NCBI RefSeq assembly: GCF_019656335.1
Contig: NZ_BPLZ01000002.1
Coordinates: forward strand, 178,904 to 242,903
Length of the DNA: 64,000 bases
Source of the DNA: Pseudomonas sp. NCCP-436
Lineage (GTDB): Bacteria > Pseudomonadota > Gammaproteobacteria > Pseudomonadales > Pseudomonadaceae
Direction of reading: 5' to 3'
Both the position numbers and the translations under genes were made by a program. Shown one piece after another: positions 62,045 through 64,000 of this stretch. The notes under the pieces were generated by a model. It was not told the origin of the DNA and searched no databases. It worked only from the letters and a program-made list of their open reading frames with translations. The number at the start of each line of letters is the position of its first letter. Within the stretch, counting starts at the first letter, position 1.

Positions 62045-64000
62045 GATGAGCTTCAATCTCTCGGCATGGGCGCTACGCCACCGTCAGATCGTCCTCTACA
62101 TCATGCTGCTTTTCGCCGTGGTCGGGGCGTTGTCCTACACCAAATTGGGGCAGAGCGAGGATCCGCCTTTTACCTTCAAGGCCATGGTGATCCGCACCAA
62201 CTGGCCGGGCGCCAGCGCCGAAGAGGTCTCGCGCCAGGTCACTGAGCGCATCGAGAAGAAACTGATGGAGACCGGCGAGTACGACAAGATCATCAGTTTC
62301 TCTCGCCCGGGTGAGTCCCAGGTCACCTTTGTCGCACGCGACTCCATGCGCAGCGCGGAAATTCCCGAGCTTTGGTATCAGGTGCGCAAGAAGGTCAGTG
62401 ACATCCGCCATACTCTGCCGCCCGGTGTTCAGGGGCCGTTCTTCAATGACGAGTTCGGCACTACTTTCGGCAACATCTATGCCTTGAGTGGCAGCGGATT
62501 CGACTACGCAGTGCTCAAGGATTACGCGGATCGCCTGCAACTGCAGCTGCAGCGGGTCAAGGACGTTGGCAAGGTCGAGCTGATCGGGTTGCAGGACGAA
62601 AAGATCTGGATCGAGCTTTCCAATACCAAACTGGCGACCCTCGGCCTGCCGCTGTCGGCGGTACAGCAGGCTCTGGAAGCGCAGAATGCGGTGGCGGCAG
62701 CAGGCTTCTTCGAGACCGCCAGCGAGCGGATTCAGCTGCGGGTTACTGGCCGCTTCGAGTCGGTGGATGAAATCCGCAACTTCCCCATCCGGGTCGGTGA
62801 TCGCACCTTCCGCATTTCCGATGTGGGTGAGGTCAAGCGCGGTTTCAACGACCCGCCTGCGCCCCGCATGCGCTTTATGGGCGAGGACGCCATTGGCATC
62901 GCAGTGTCGATGAAGGACGGTGGCGACATCCTGGTGCTGGGCAAGGCGCTGGAGCAGGAGTTCGCCCGCCTGCAGCAGACCCTGCCAGTGGGGATGGAGC
63001 TGCACAAGGTATCGGATCAGCCGGCTGCGGTTAAAACCGGCGTAGGTGAGTTCGTCAAGGTGCTGGTCGAGGCCCTGGTAATCGTGCTGGCGGTCAGTTT
63101 CTTTTCCCTTGGTCTGCGTACCGGCCTGGTGGTGGCACTGGTGATTCCTCTGGTGCTGGCGATGACCTTTGCTGCCATGTATTACATGGGCATTGGCCTG
63201 CACAAGATTTCCCTTGGAGCGCTGGTGCTGGGGCTTGGTCTGCTGGTGGACGACGCGATCATTGCGGTGGAGATGATGGCGATCAAGATGGAGCAGGGCC
63301 TAGATCGCTTCCGGGCGGCCAGCTTTGCCTGGACCAGTACGGCCTTCCCGATGCTCACCGGCACCCTGATTACCGCCGCCGGTTTTCTGCCTATCGCCAC
63401 CGCCCAGTCCGGTACTGGCGAATACACCCGCTCGATTTTCCAGGTGGTAGCCATCTCGCTGATTGCCTCGTGGATTGCCGCTGTGATGTTCGTGCCATAT
63501 CTGGGGGACAAGTTGCTGCCGGATCTGGCGAAACGTCATGCCGAGCGGAACGGCGCTGGCGAGGCCGATCACGATCCCTATGCAACAGCTTTCTATCGTC
63601 GGGTACGGGCCACTGTGCAGTGGTGCGTACGTCACCGTGGCACAGTGATCCTGCTGACCATTGCCCTGTTCGTTGCCTCGGTGTTGCTGTTCCGCTTCGT
63701 CCCGCAGCAGTTCTTCCCGGCCTCCGGGCGGATGGAGCTGATGGTCGACATCAAGTTGGAGGAGGGCGCCTCGCTGAGTGCCACCGAGGCCGAAGTGCGC
63801 CGTCTGGAAAGTCTGCTGCGGGAGCAGCCGGGCATCGACAACTATGTTGCCTACGTCGGTACCGGTTCACCACGTTTCTATCTGCCTCTGGACCAGCAAC
63901 TGCCTGCGGCCAGCTTTGCCCAGTTCGTGGTACTGGCGAAAGGTATCGAGGAGCGTGAGCAGTTGCGCAGTTGGCTGATACAGGTGCTGAACGAGCAGTT
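62045..64000 (+). CDS. RND efflux transporter (AcrB/MexK-like), N-terminal part; continues beyond the window
   Basis: Starts MSFNLSAWALRHRQIVLY. AAGGAG ribosome-binding site. Open to the window end. Not in the ORF track because it has no stop. Confidence 0.88.

Overview
This is a 64-kb, high-GC (about 64%) chromosomal segment. Its gene content and order match the Pseudomonas core genome, recalled from memory rather than searched: fadD', a multicopper oxidase, tadA, mltF, purL, purT, ffh, rpsP-rimM-trmD-rplS, xerD, dsbC-hom-thrC, recJ, prfB-lysS, adk, tsaB, rsmJ and a MexL/MexJ/MexK-like RND efflux locus that runs off the 3' end. I call about 68 CDS. I saw no rRNA, tRNA, CRISPR array, IS element or prophage. 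Many long antisense ORFs in the six-frame track are GC artefacts and were rejected.

The most interesting locus is a co-directional seven-gene cluster at 28.8-39.7 kb. It combines a DUF3018-like::YjfI-like (DUF2170) fusion, a PspA/IM30 (ESCRT-III superfamily) protein, a YqiJ/NfeD-like membrane protein, a YqiK-type flotillin (SPFH), a 1745-aa protein with a long coiled-coil region and a single MoxR/AAA_5-type ATPase domain, a rhomboid intramembrane protease translationally coupled to it, and a single-HKD phospholipase-D/Nuc-like protein. Two perfect TCACATGTGA palindromes precede it. Twin GGTGGACAA-N8-TTGTCCACC hairpins sit inside it, between the flotillin and the giant gene. Its function appears to be uncharacterised; I propose it as a membrane-remodelling, repair or stress system.

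Other notable points: the textbook programmed +1 frameshift in prfB (CGGGGG UAU CUU UGA C) is visible. A five-gene operon of conserved unknowns (lipoprotein, QEGLA/DUF1704, AIM24, alpha/beta hydrolase, small protein) is present. A CoA-transferase-III/GMC-oxidoreductase operon is present. A DUF2790-ohr-ohrR block sits between xerD and dsbC. A tandem-CDGSH small Fe-S protein follows purL. Several Rho-independent terminators and operator-like palindromes are annotated. All family assignments come from motifs I read in the translations and from memory; no database search was run.
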